A stretch of 64,000 nt of DNA from a virus (Duplodnaviria; Caudoviricetes): the IMG/VR virus record IMGVR_UViG_3300032225_000686. The stretch is one strand, 5' to 3'. A program made the translations under genes and the position numbers. The notes under the pieces were generated by a model. That model saw only the letters and a list, made by a program, of their open reading frames with translations, was not told where the DNA came from and did not search any database. How positions within the stretch are numbered: position 1 is the stretch's first letter; every line of letters begins with the position of its first letter. Below, one piece after another: positions 39,965-48,416 of the stretch.

Positions 39965-39969
39965 CTCTT

Positions 39970-41415
39970 ATGGAACCAATCTTTGATCTAGGTGAGTGGC
40001 TACTCTTTGAGCGAGAGTATGATAGGGCAAATCGGGATGCTGCTGTCAAGTCCTTTGAGAAATTTAAGAAGACTGTTGGGGTCATTTTTGACACCAAGAA
40101 GGTCTTGGATGAGGTCTACTTTGTGCATAAAGATATTAAGAATGTGATCCCCGATAACGATATTTACACGATATACCCAAAGTTATGGTTTGCGTTCAAG
40201 GCAGCATTTAGCAAATACACAAGCCAATATCTTATGAGGTTTGCGACATTGGGTGGGGGTAAGCCCGACGATGTGGTACTAACCTTCAAGGCAGAGAAGT
40301 TGGGTTCGGTCAAGTCAGCAGGGTTTGAAGTTTACCCTCACTTTATCAAGCCACACAAGGATTGGAAGTTTCATGTAAAACTGACGAGTGCGAGCATAGG
40401 TGCAAATGTAGGCGGGCAATACAGCATGATGAACATATGGTTGCCGCGAGTATCTGCGATCAATCAAACCGATATTTGCAAGATGCTTCACGACTGTTAC
40501 AAGACCTATTCTGGTGTTTCCAAAAGAGTGGACAATAAAGCATCCCGAATTTACAACGCATGGCTAGAAGAGTTCATGAAGCAGGTAGAATCTAAGCGTA
40601 GTACCTACATTCATGAGTACATACACCACCTTGACCAATTGCGATACAAAGTAGCAGTTGGCGAGAGACCAAAGAGTATTGAGCGAGGCATCAAAGCATT
40701 CCAAGACGCAGAAGCCCCTAACCTAACCAAAGATCAAGTAACCGCAAAATATAATGAGTACTTTACTGATGATGCTGAACTAAATGCCTACTATCAGGAG
40801 ACTATGGGTAGTCTTCAAGATGCAGTACAGAAGTGGTTGATCGCAGCGACTAATACAAGAGCGTTGATTATCTTGGTTGACGGACAGACCATGACTCTCA
40901 CCATGCCTCCAATCACGATAGACGAGTTCAACAAGAAGTCTGTCAAGGAAAGATGCCGACTAATCTCTAGAGTTGTGCTTGCTGATTTCAACAGAATACT
41001 TCGTAGTGTTACGAATGGCAAAGATAGCATGGATTACCGAATCACAGGTGATTTGAAAGTCATCTACGATGCAAACTTCGGAAGCGTATCTGAAATATAC
41101 ATGAAGTTGGTTAGCAAGACTCTGTTTGCATATGCCAATTCGGCGTGGATCATGGCAGTCTTTAACAATCCAAGACTCAAGCGTAAGTTTATGAATCGCC
41201 TGTACTCCACAAGTCAGGACATCAAAGCCATTGTCAAAGATTATGAAAACGACATGGCAAACGGAAAGTCTCCGAGCATTCAAGAGTTCAACACCGCAAT
41301 TGAGAAAATGAGAAGCAACACACCCGGCATTCATGGGTTCCTTTATACGGGGCTTTTCATGCGGAGCGGCAAGCACTTTGACCCAAGGAAGAACTACTCC
41401 ATAAAAGACGCTTGA
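39970..41415 (+). CDS. Large protein with HExxH zincin-like motif
   Basis: YIHEYIHHLD...AELNAY; ATG 5 nt after late promoter; N-terminus MEPIFDLGEWLLFE. Confidence 0.6.
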   Translation: MEPIFDLGEWLLFEREYDRANRDAAVKSFEKFKKTVGVIFDTKKVLDEVYFVHKDIKNVIPDNDIYTIYPKLWFAFKAAFSKYTSQYLMRFATLGGGKPDDVVLTFKAEKLGSVKSAGFEVYPHFIKPHKDWKFHVKLTSASIGANVGGQYSMMNIWLPRVSAINQTDICKMLHDCYKTYSGVSKRVDNKASRIYNAWLEEFMKQVESKRSTYIHEYIHHLDQLRYKVAVGERPKSIERGIKAFQDAEAPNLTKDQVTAKYNEYFTDDAELNAYYQETMGSLQDAVQKWLIAATNTRALIILVDGQTMTLTMPPITIDEFNKKSVKERCRLISRVVLADFNRILRSVTNGKDSMDYRITGDLKVIYDANFGSVSEIYMKLVSKTLFAYANSAWIMAVFNNPRLKRKFMNRLYSTSQDIKAIVKDYENDMANGKSPSIQEFNTAIEKMRSNTPGIHGFLYTGLFMRSGKHFDPRKNYSIKDA

Positions 41416-41439
41416 CTTATCCCTTGGGTGTGGTATACT
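41412..41439 (+). promoter_or_regulatory. Sigma70-type promoter, leaderless
   Basis: TTGACT-16-TATACT; 6 nt to ATG 41446. Confidence 0.8.
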
Positions 41440-41445
41440 TACTGT

Positions 41446-41700
41446 ATGGTAAAGCAACACTCCAGACCCAGTTTGGTCAATCCGAATAGGATGGTGTTCA
41501 ACACCCATTTTGAGTTCAAGAATGGATGGAAAGTTTCTATTTTCCGTCCAGATGACTACCCCCACGACAACCATACCGTAGAGGTCGCTGTAATTAACGA
41601 TGATGGGATGTTCGTGTCGTTCTTGGATGGCGAGAATGTAAAGCAATGCGTAGATGCAGATCAACTGTCCAAGATCATGGCATGGGCGGCAGATCAATGA
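41446..41700 (+). CDS. Hypothetical protein
   Basis: F-x-F-x-NGW-x-VS...EVAVI pattern of small early phage proteins. Confidence 0.7.
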   Translation: MVKQHSRPSLVNPNRMVFNTHFEFKNGWKVSIFRPDDYPHDNHTVEVAVINDDGMFVSFLDGENVKQCVDADQLSKIMAWAADQ

Positions 41701-42272
41701 AGAATGTCTTTTTTATAGGCTGCACCCACTTCGGTCATGAGAAGATGTACTCGTTCGTCCGTAAGGATGGAACGAAGGTTCGCCCATTCGCTAACGCTGA
41801 ACAGGGAGATGCCGAGATGATGGCGCGATGGAATGCCACCGTTGGCAAGGATGACAAGGTGTATGTCCTTGGAGATGTGGCAATAACCAACAAGGGACTT
41901 AAGATTTTAGGCGAACTCAAGGGTCGCAAGATTCTTATCAAGGGCAACCATGATATCATGAAGCCGGGGGAGTACCTGAAGTACTTCAAAGATATTCGTG
42001 CATACCACAAGATGGAGAATGAGGTGCTTTCGCACATACCGATTCATCCTGCCTCTCTGTTCCGCAGCAAGAAGAATCGTTATTGGCTTAACATACACGC
42101 CCACCTACACAACGATGCCGTGATGGGTAGTGAGCCAAACGATCCCGATGATGCATTCCGTTCTTGCCAAACAGAAGACCCGCGATACTTCTCCGTTTGC
42201 GTTGAGCGTATCAACTACACACCGATTTCTTTGGACGAGATCAGAAGCAGAACTCGTAATGCTATTACCTAA
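41697..42272 (+). CDS. Calcineurin-like metallophosphoesterase
   Basis: CTHFGH, WN-x2-V, LGDV, GNHD, SHIP, HAHLH. Confidence 0.9.
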   Translation: MKNVFFIGCTHFGHEKMYSFVRKDGTKVRPFANAEQGDAEMMARWNATVGKDDKVYVLGDVAITNKGLKILGELKGRKILIKGNHDIMKPGEYLKYFKDIRAYHKMENEVLSHIPIHPASLFRSKKNRYWLNIHAHLHNDAVMGSEPNDPDDAFRSCQTEDPRYFSVCVERINYTPISLDEIRSRTRNAIT

Positions 42273-42744
42273 CAAGTGCAAAGATATTGAAACTCTGTGC
42301 CTTTGGGTTATTGAGAAGGCTACCAAGTTAGAGCCGCGAGTCATCAACGAACTCAAGCGGCACAAGTGGTGGCTTTTGAGGGACTACTCTAAAGGAAGAG
42401 ACACACCTGAAGTCTACTGCATGTTTGTAGAGATTGGGTTGGACTCTCCTCCTATTATTGTCAACAATACAGCCATCCTGTGTTGGTCTCCGAGACCATA
42501 TGAATGGTCATTTGCTGAACGACTTATACGCAAGTTTAAGCGTAAAGACTACCCCCGAAGAGGTGATGTTCTTTCTGTCATATCGGGAGGCAACACTTGG
42601 TTTGAAGTCAAGCAGGAGTATGCAAGAGCAATGCCTGCATCCTCTCTTCGAATTTTGTGGAACTCCATGATGAATCAGGGGTGGTCTTTGGTTGCACAAG
42701 GAGAAGTTGCAGCATCAAACTATTCACCTATGGAGGCAGCATGA
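42259..42744 (+). CDS. Hypothetical protein, R-x2-W-x2-[LM]-x3-GW family
   Basis: C-terminal LRILWNSMMNQGW. Confidence 0.6.
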   Translation: MLLPNKCKDIETLCLWVIEKATKLEPRVINELKRHKWWLLRDYSKGRDTPEVYCMFVEIGLDSPPIIVNNTAILCWSPRPYEWSFAERLIRKFKRKDYPRRGDVLSVISGGNTWFEVKQEYARAMPASSLRILWNSMMNQGWSLVAQGEVAASNYSPMEAA

Positions 42745-43073
42745 AGCAATGGACTTTACGAGATTCAAACGCACGGTGGATTGATTTCTTCAACAACAAC
42801 AAAGAAACCAATTCAATCTGTATTCAGGCTGCTAACTGTGACAGACTAGATTTGTTCAAGGCAGGTGTCTTATTTGATGAAAGCGTTGGCTTGAACATGG
42901 TTGTAGTCTCACTAGAAACCGCACGAAAGGCGTGGGATGAGTTGATTGATTTGGGATTCACCCGATACATCCCACCAGAACTGTACACCAACGGAAGAAG
43001 AAGAAGCAGACTTACTAGAACAAGATTTATTCCCCAATTGGAGGTTGATGATGTCACGAATCAAGGAAACTAA
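42741..43073 (+). CDS. Hypothetical protein, AR-x2-W-x2-L-x3-G[WF] family
   Basis: GGAGG RBS; ARKAWDELIDLGF. Confidence 0.65.
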   Translation: MKQWTLRDSNARWIDFFNNNKETNSICIQAANCDRLDLFKAGVLFDESVGLNMVVVSLETARKAWDELIDLGFTRYIPPELYTNGRRRSRLTRTRFIPQLEVDDVTNQGN

Positions 43074-43275
43074 AGGTAGATTTTGTATTGACGAGCAGGG
43101 AGCATGGTTGGAGATCGAACACGACGAGGAGAGCAACAATCTATGCATTATTGGCAAGAATTGGGTGTATCTTGATCGTCAGCAAACCGGAAGACTTTAT
43201 GATTGGCTCAAGAAGAACCTGCGACGAATGACTTCCTACAAGAAGGTACGGGAAAAGGGAATCAAAAATGGATAA
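43051..43275 (+). CDS. Hypothetical protein
   Basis: GGAGG RBS; overlapping operon arrangement. Confidence 0.55.
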   Translation: MSRIKETKGRFCIDEQGAWLEIEHDEESNNLCIIGKNWVYLDRQQTGRLYDWLKKNLRRMTSYKKVREKGIKNG

Positions 43276-43552
43276 AGTGACTAGCGATTACCGAATCATA
43301 CACATCACCGAGAAGAACATTCCTTGGTATGGGGTCTACGAGGTTTACTATCATAATGATACCCCCATAGATCACAGCGTTGCACCAGTTGGTCTGTTTG
43401 GAGATATGGAAGATATTTTGGCGGGCATCAATGATTTTAAGGATGCTCTAAACAAGCCAATATTGAAGGATACCGATTTCCCTCCTGTACACGATCATCG
43501 TAGGGGAGAGTGGATGCAGACCAAGAATGCAATAATCGTCCCTAGACGGTGA
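43268..43552 (+). CDS. Hypothetical protein (DYRI...YEVYY family)
   Basis: Paralogue of 27330-27788. Confidence 0.65.
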   Translation: MDKVTSDYRIIHITEKNIPWYGVYEVYYHNDTPIDHSVAPVGLFGDMEDILAGINDFKDALNKPILKDTDFPPVHDHRRGEWMQTKNAIIVPRR

Positions 43553-43578
43553 ATAGATACTAATTCAAGGAGAACACA

Positions 43579-43779
43579 ATGGCAAAGAAGAAGAACACCA
43601 AGAAGAAGACCAAGTTGAGCAGAACAACCAAGAACTATGTTCGTGCTCGCCTGAACAAGGACACACCATACGAAGTCGAATTCATGTATCTCAAGCCCGT
43701 ATCAACAGGAGGCTTGAGTGGATTTGGCAAATGGCTCGTCGGTCTTCTCAAGAAGGTCAAGACCTTTATTTGGAAGTAA
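43579..43779 (+). CDS. Small basic hypothetical protein
   Basis: AAGGAG RBS. Confidence 0.65.
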   Translation: MAKKKNTKKKTKLSRTTKNYVRARLNKDTPYEVEFMYLKPVSTGGLSGFGKWLVGLLKKVKTFIWK

Positions 43780-44048
43780 TGGCAAAGGTATCTGTAAAGA
43801 ATCCTATAATAGTCAGACCAACAAAGCACACTCCGCTTGTTGTTGAGGGTGTGGGTACAACCAGCATTCAAGAGATGAGCAACCGCATCTCGCAAATTCT
43901 TGCTACTATCGCCAACGGAATGCAGAATGACGATGACGATGCGGTTCTATATTTGCAGGAATCAATGAGCAAAGGTTCAGAACTCTTCAAGTTAGTTGAG
44001 GGGCTGAACGCAGCGAAACAGTATGTAAATGCAAGGAGACCAATATGA
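43779..44048 (+). CDS. Hypothetical protein
   Basis: TAATG stop/start overlap. Confidence 0.6.
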   Translation: MAKVSVKNPIIVRPTKHTPLVVEGVGTTSIQEMSNRISQILATIANGMQNDDDDAVLYLQESMSKGSELFKLVEGLNAAKQYVNARRPI

Positions 44049-44230
44049 CAAACGATGCATTTCAAGGAACAGGTATGTGTGAAGAGCGTTGGCAAAAACT
44101 AATGGACAACGCCGATTTGGAATTGACACCCGGTGAGATTTGTGCGGGATGGCATTGGTGCAATGCTTTTGATGGTCTGCTTGTTCACAGGACTTGGGAA
44201 GAGATGGAGGTTTGTAAGTGCCATGAATAA
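44045..44230 (+). CDS. Small Cys/His-containing hypothetical protein
   Basis: AAGGAG RBS; GWHWC...CKC. Confidence 0.6.
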   Translation: MTNDAFQGTGMCEERWQKLMDNADLELTPGEICAGWHWCNAFDGLLVHRTWEEMEVCKCHE

Positions 44231-44441
44231 ACAATACATGGAAGAAGTTTGGGGATCAAAGTGTCCCGACTATGAACCCACCTGCTTTTTATGCAGAGCA
44301 TGGGTGATTTACGAAGTAACAGGAAACATCCCCGATTCAGAGCAGGTGGTTCGTAAGATACATGAGACCGAGGGGTGTGACTTCTTACAGTCACCCACAT
44401 TCAAGAAACTACGAGACTGCGCTCACCGCAAACCACAATGA
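44223..44441 (+). CDS. Small Cys-containing hypothetical protein
   Basis: WG-x-KCPDYEP-x-C-x2-C-x-AW. Confidence 0.55.
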   Translation: MNKQYMEEVWGSKCPDYEPTCFLCRAWVIYEVTGNIPDSEQVVRKIHETEGCDFLQSPTFKKLRDCAHRKPQ

Positions 44442-45250
44442 TAACTTTCAAGAGATTGGGTAGATGGGGAAGATTGGGGAACCAACTCTTCCAATACGCT
44501 ACAATGGTTTCCGTTGCAAAGCGGAATTACTATGATTATGGCATACCCAAAGAAAATACTCTTTTGCCCGCTAGGTTTGGCGATACCGAAAATGTGTATA
44601 AGTGTGATATCTTTGATCTGTTCGATGCAGATAAAGAGTGTCACCTATACGATAATCTAATTGCCGACCACTATTACGAAGACCTATCCTGTTACTACAA
44701 CACAGAGGTTTTCAATATCAAAGACAATACAGATATTCTTGGTTACTTTCAGGGAGAACAGTATTTCTTGTGGTGTGAGGCTTTGATACGAGAAAAGTTT
44801 AGGTTTAGATCTACTCTAGTAGAAGAGGCAAAGAAATACATGGATGTTTCTTTGTTGCGAGATCCCATAGCACTTCATGTCAGAAGGGGGGATTATCTGA
44901 ACCTCCAAACCGTACACCCAATACCTTCAATAGAGTACTATAAGAAATCCTTGGAAATGTTGGATCACCGAGGAAGGGTTGTTTTGGTTTTTAGTGACGA
45001 TGTTTCGTGGGTAAAAGAAAACCTAGCAGAGGAACTTCAGTCGTTGGTTGTTGTTGAAACCCATAATCAAAACCTAGACCTAATTCTAATGAGTCAATGC
45101 AAGGACTTTGTGATAGCCAATAGTTCTTTTAGTTGGTGGGGAGCATGGCTATCCGAAAACTCATCAAAACGAGTCATGTGTCCGAAAAATTGGTTTGGGA
45201 ATCACACCAATCCCCTACAGCAAATGACTCGTCACTTCGAACTTGTATAA
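44438..45250 (+). CDS. Glycosyltransferase family 11 (alpha-1,2-fucosyltransferase-like)
   Basis: GRLGNQLFQYA, GYFQ, HVRRGDY, FSDD, ANSSFSWWGAWL. Confidence 0.92.
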   Translation: MITFKRLGRWGRLGNQLFQYATMVSVAKRNYYDYGIPKENTLLPARFGDTENVYKCDIFDLFDADKECHLYDNLIADHYYEDLSCYYNTEVFNIKDNTDILGYFQGEQYFLWCEALIREKFRFRSTLVEEAKKYMDVSLLRDPIALHVRRGDYLNLQTVHPIPSIEYYKKSLEMLDHRGRVVLVFSDDVSWVKENLAEELQSLVVVETHNQNLDLILMSQCKDFVIANSSFSWWGAWLSENSSKRVMCPKNWFGNHTNPLQQMTRHFELV

Positions 45251-45260
45251 GGAACTCACA

Positions 45261-45905
45261 ATGCTTTTGGATATTCAGCAACTAGCAAACAAGTATTTCT
45301 CCAATCTCAAGGGCGTTTTGCATGTAGGTGCTCACTTTGGTCAAGAAATAAACGAGTACCGTAAACTTGGTTGCAAAAACATGTTGTTCTTCGAACCACA
45401 ACCATCAGTTTTGCCCAAACTGTTGGCAAATGTTTCACCAAAACACGAAGAAAATATTTGGGTCTATCCTTTTGCTTTAGGAAATTTTGACGGCTCTATT
45501 GAGATGAATGTCGAAACTGCAAATGGGGGAATGAGCAGTTCCCTTCTAAACGCAAATATTCATTCTGTACAGTACCCACACATAGTGTTTCATAGCAAAG
45601 TTACAGTAGATATCAGAAAACTTTCAACCATCGTGCATGATGATTGTATTGATATGACAAAGTACAACCTCATGAATGTTGATGTTCAGGGCTATGAAAT
45701 GGAAGTGTTTAAAGGGGCAGAGAGTCTATTGCATCACATAGACTACATCATAACAGAAGTCAATACTGAAGAATTGTATTATGGTTGCCCCATGCTTTAC
45801 GAGATAGATTCGTACTTGATATCCAAAGGATTTCTCCGAAGAGAAATGAGTATGGATGGGGGTAATTGGGGAGATGCTTTATATGTCAGAGTTCAGAACT
45901 CGTAA
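45261..45905 (+). CDS. FkbM-family SAM-dependent methyltransferase
   Basis: VLHVGAH-x-G, FEP, SSSLL, DVQGYE-x-EV-x2-GA, WGDALY; AAGGA RBS. Confidence 0.9.
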   Translation: MLLDIQQLANKYFSNLKGVLHVGAHFGQEINEYRKLGCKNMLFFEPQPSVLPKLLANVSPKHEENIWVYPFALGNFDGSIEMNVETANGGMSSSLLNANIHSVQYPHIVFHSKVTVDIRKLSTIVHDDCIDMTKYNLMNVDVQGYEMEVFKGAESLLHHIDYIITEVNTEELYYGCPMLYEIDSYLISKGFLRREMSMDGGNWGDALYVRVQNS

Positions 45906-46030
45906 CGATCCGACTTCCACCGCTTACGCAATCTGCGGGGATCGGTCTCGTCGGTCTTCTTGCTCCACATCTTGACTCGCTGCTGCTGCGGTCCCCGTGG
46001 AGGGAACTTTGGCTTCTTGGTCTTCTTCAT
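45893..46030 (-). CDS. Small basic protein (45 aa), leaderless
   Basis: MKKTKKPKFPPRGPQQQRVKMW...RYEF directly after its own promoter; not in ORF track. Confidence 0.6.
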   Translation of the reverse strand: MKKTKKPKFPPRGPQQQRVKMWSKKTDETDPRRLRKRWKSDRYEF

Positions 46031-46037
46031 TTCAACG

Positions 46038-46066
46038 AGTATAACCCCCGACTGAATAAAAGTCAA
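46038..46066 (-). promoter_or_regulatory. Sigma70-type promoter (leftward)
   Basis: TTGACT-17-TATACT; 7 nt to ATG. Confidence 0.75.
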
Positions 46067-46087
46067 TACCATTTTGTCAGTTTCCTC

Positions 46088-46116
46088 TTGACAGATATGG
46101 GGAATACTGTTATAGT
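46088..46116 (+). promoter_or_regulatory. Sigma70-type promoter, leaderless
   Basis: TTGACA-17-TATAGT; 6 nt to ATG 46123. Confidence 0.75.
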
Positions 46117-46122
46117 AGTAGT

Positions 46123-46371
46123 ATGAGATTTCGCTACACAGTCTATCTGTTAAGCCATCCTGTGAAGGGGCAAATGAGGATTGTTCGCAACAACAACATG
46201 AATTTATTTTTGTTTTTTGATCCCAACACCGTCTCTACTGCAAAAGAGTGGATAATCCAAGAGGCAAGGAGAGAGTGGAATAAATTGATCTCCGAGGGTT
46301 GGTCATACAACAATATACCAATCCACACCGACAACCATGTTGGTGTCGAATTCGCCGTGTCTCACTCCTAA
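46123..46371 (+). CDS. Hypothetical protein, AR-x2-W-x2-L-x3-GW family
   Basis: ARREWNKLISEGW. Confidence 0.7.
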   Translation: MRFRYTVYLLSHPVKGQMRIVRNNNMNLFLFFDPNTVSTAKEWIIQEARREWNKLISEGWSYNNIPIHTDNHVGVEFAVSHS

Positions 46372-46384
46372 TAAGATAGTTCAA

Positions 46385-46615
46385 ATGACCGCCAAACCTT
46401 TCAAACACGACATAGTGGACAATCTGTTTGATCGTGGCGATGAACTGTCAAGGGCTGCGGGTAGTGAAATCCTGCGCCTGCGTCAACTGATGCAGGGCAT
46501 ATGGGGCATCTACTACAGCAAAGAGTACAAAGACGATGAGACCCGCTTTCGAAAGATGGTTTACCGACTGAACGAAGGACTTTCCGAGAACTCCAACTAT
46601 CCCAACTACTACTGA
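46385..46615 (+). CDS. Hypothetical protein
   Basis: ORF fills the gap; DIVD-x-L...EI-x-RLR small-phage-protein pattern. Confidence 0.6.
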   Translation: MTAKPFKHDIVDNLFDRGDELSRAAGSEILRLRQLMQGIWGIYYSKEYKDDETRFRKMVYRLNEGLSENSNYPNYY

Positions 46616-46622
46616 GGACACC

Positions 46623-46868
46623 ATGATCTACTTTTATAGCAACGACAACACCGAACGCACCTCTTGGACCATGCCCGAGATGGCCGATTTCTTGCGAGAG
46701 ATTGAACCTACTCTTGATTTCTCCGACCGTGAGTTGGAGATGTGGGTTGAGTACTTCGTGAAGTTGAACATTCTTGAGGTTGTGTGGGACGAGGAAGGTT
46801 CGCCCAACTATCGCCTGACCCCATACGGCAGGATTGTTTCACGATCTGTGAAGGAGAACAACAAATGA
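46623..46868 (+). CDS. Small winged-helix-like protein
   Basis: GAGGA RBS; C-terminal ILEV...YRLTPYG wing pattern. Confidence 0.55.
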   Translation: MIYFYSNDNTERTSWTMPEMADFLREIEPTLDFSDRELEMWVEYFVKLNILEVVWDEEGSPNYRLTPYGRIVSRSVKENNK

Positions 46869-46893
46869 GAGCGAATGTAACTAAAAATGGACC

Positions 46894-46921
46894 TTGACTT
46901 CCTGCCCGAACTTGTTATAGT
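46894..46921 (+). promoter_or_regulatory. Sigma70-type promoter
   Basis: TTGACT-16-TATAGT. Confidence 0.7.
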
Positions 46922-46948
46922 AGAGGTGTAAAGAAAGGACAAGAGACC

Positions 46949-47227
46949 ATGACCAAGAACCCAAACGAATACGAATTCCTGACCTTCAAGACCGACCGCC
47001 GCACGAAGAAGGGCGAGAAGTTGGTGGACAGATACACCAAGGTGTTTGCGACTGCCGAGGATGCTCAGACTCACTTTGAGCGTCTGCCCAAGAAGGTTGG
47101 CGAGCGAGTGGAATGCCATCAGAAGTGGGTGGTCCGTAAGAATCTGTTGAGCGGCGAGGAGTTCTACGAGGCGTGGGATACGCCCGGCTTCTGCTCTCCG
47201 AGTTCTGAGTCCTATTGGAGCATGTGA
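46949..47227 (+). CDS. Conserved early phage hypothetical protein
   Basis: D-x-RTKKGE; NLLSG-x-EF-x-E-x2-DTP-x2-CSPSSESYWSM C-terminus. Confidence 0.8.
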   Translation: MTKNPNEYEFLTFKTDRRTKKGEKLVDRYTKVFATAEDAQTHFERLPKKVGERVECHQKWVVRKNLLSGEEFYEAWDTPGFCSPSSESYWSM

Positions 47228-47228
47228 C

Positions 47229-47540
47229 TTGTACTCCAAACTTTCTGCATCGGATTACAATATCGTGAGCACTTCGCACCCATCAAACCTTCCCAACTCC
47301 AATATCTTCTATATTCAGAAGACTTGCAACGATGGCACTAGGCTTACGATGCGGTTCGTGACCCATCCCGAGTATGTGTGGATTGAGAATCTCTCTACCA
47401 ATACCAATGTGGAAGTGAAGGGCAAGAATTGGAAGCATACCCGCGTGTTTGATGCCGATTCCTTGGAGAACTTCGTTGTCTCCTATGCTAGGGAGATTTG
47501 GGATTGCATGGTTGAGGACGGTTGGAGGTATGTCAAATGA
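47229..47540 (+). CDS. Hypothetical protein, AR-x2-W-x2-[LM]-x3-GW family
   Basis: AREIWDCMVEDGW; TTG start. Confidence 0.6.
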   Translation: MYSKLSASDYNIVSTSHPSNLPNSNIFYIQKTCNDGTRLTMRFVTHPEYVWIENLSTNTNVEVKGKNWKHTRVFDADSLENFVVSYAREIWDCMVEDGWRYVK

Positions 47541-47866
47541 CCCCGACAGTACAACACACCTACCTGATATGCCCCTTGCCTGACTGTGGTGAGATTCTGT
47601 TCACTTACTACATCAACGACAATAATGCGGATTCTGCGGTTATGGTTCACAATCTGTCAAACCAGTCTTTGCTGATTGGGAATCTGTCTGCTTTGGCGGT
47701 TACAGGCAAGGCAAATACAAATGTGACCCCCTCTCCGAGGAACAGGACTTTAGACTTCACGCCCAACAAGAGAGCCATGGTTTCCAAGGAAGATGGCAGG
47801 ATCATATGGAACACTCTAATTGAGGGTGGGTGGACTGTAAACCGAATCAAGCAAGGAACGCCATGA
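47537..47866 (+). CDS. Hypothetical protein, R-x2-W-x2-L-x3-GW family
   Basis: GGAGG RBS; GRIIWNTLIEGGW. Confidence 0.65.
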   Translation: MTPTVQHTYLICPLPDCGEILFTYYINDNNADSAVMVHNLSNQSLLIGNLSALAVTGKANTNVTPSPRNRTLDFTPNKRAMVSKEDGRIIWNTLIEGGWTVNRIKQGTP

Positions 47867-48117
47867 ACAAGATAAATGAAAGATTTTTCGTCCTCGTTTA
47901 CCCTACAGGACAAATAGACCAACCCCGATGGTCTTTTGGTATTGTAGATAAGGGAACCGAGAAGGAGAGAGTGGATGTTTGTAACTATTCAAGCATGGCA
48001 GTATTCCTACCAAGCATGAAGTATGCCCACAAGCCAAATGCCCTCCGCTGCTACCAGTTGGCAGATGCTCGCCTGTTGTGGGACTTTCTAGTAAAGGAGG
48101 GATACCGTGTCAGATGA
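47863..48117 (+). CDS. Hypothetical protein, AR-x2-W-x2-L-x3-GY family
   Basis: ARLLWDFLVKEGY. Confidence 0.65.
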   Translation: MNKINERFFVLVYPTGQIDQPRWSFGIVDKGTEKERVDVCNYSSMAVFLPSMKYAHKPNALRCYQLADARLLWDFLVKEGYRVR

Positions 48118-48373
48118 CCGCAACATTTACGCTCTCATGGACCCCACCCATCCAAATGTTCAATTCACCTTCAGGCTAATGGGGAATGGTGGAATCGGGG
48201 TGTATGTTAGCAACAATACCCCGCATGACTATATTTTTGGATTTTTACACCCCGATAGTCAAATAACGGCAAAGCGACCGAACAAGTCAGGAAGCGTAAC
48301 TCTTTACGATACTGCCTCTGCCCGTGCTATTTGGGAATTCTTGGTAAACGATTGGCGAATGGTCAAGGCATGA
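48107..48373 (+). CDS. Hypothetical protein, AR-x2-W-x2-L family
   Basis: AAGGAGG RBS; ARAIWEFLVNDW. Confidence 0.65.
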   Translation: MSDDRNIYALMDPTHPNVQFTFRLMGNGGIGVYVSNNTPHDYIFGFLHPDSQITAKRPNKSGSVTLYDTASARAIWEFLVNDWRMVKA

Positions 48374-48399
48374 GCGTTCCGAAGAGAATCGGCGTTAGT

Positions 48400-48407
48400 T
48401 ATAAATA
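48400..48407 (+). promoter_or_regulatory. Late promoter
   Basis: TATAAATA 9 nt before ATG 48417. Confidence 0.7.
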
Positions 48408-48416
48408 CAATCAGCG

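Noticed and set aside
39760-39969. Upstream extensions of ORF-track starts (39760, 31900, 42130, 49365, 56545, 58793, 61147 and others)
   Set aside because: They overlap neighbouring genes or promoters; downstream ATGs have an RBS, promoter or N-terminal tag supporting them
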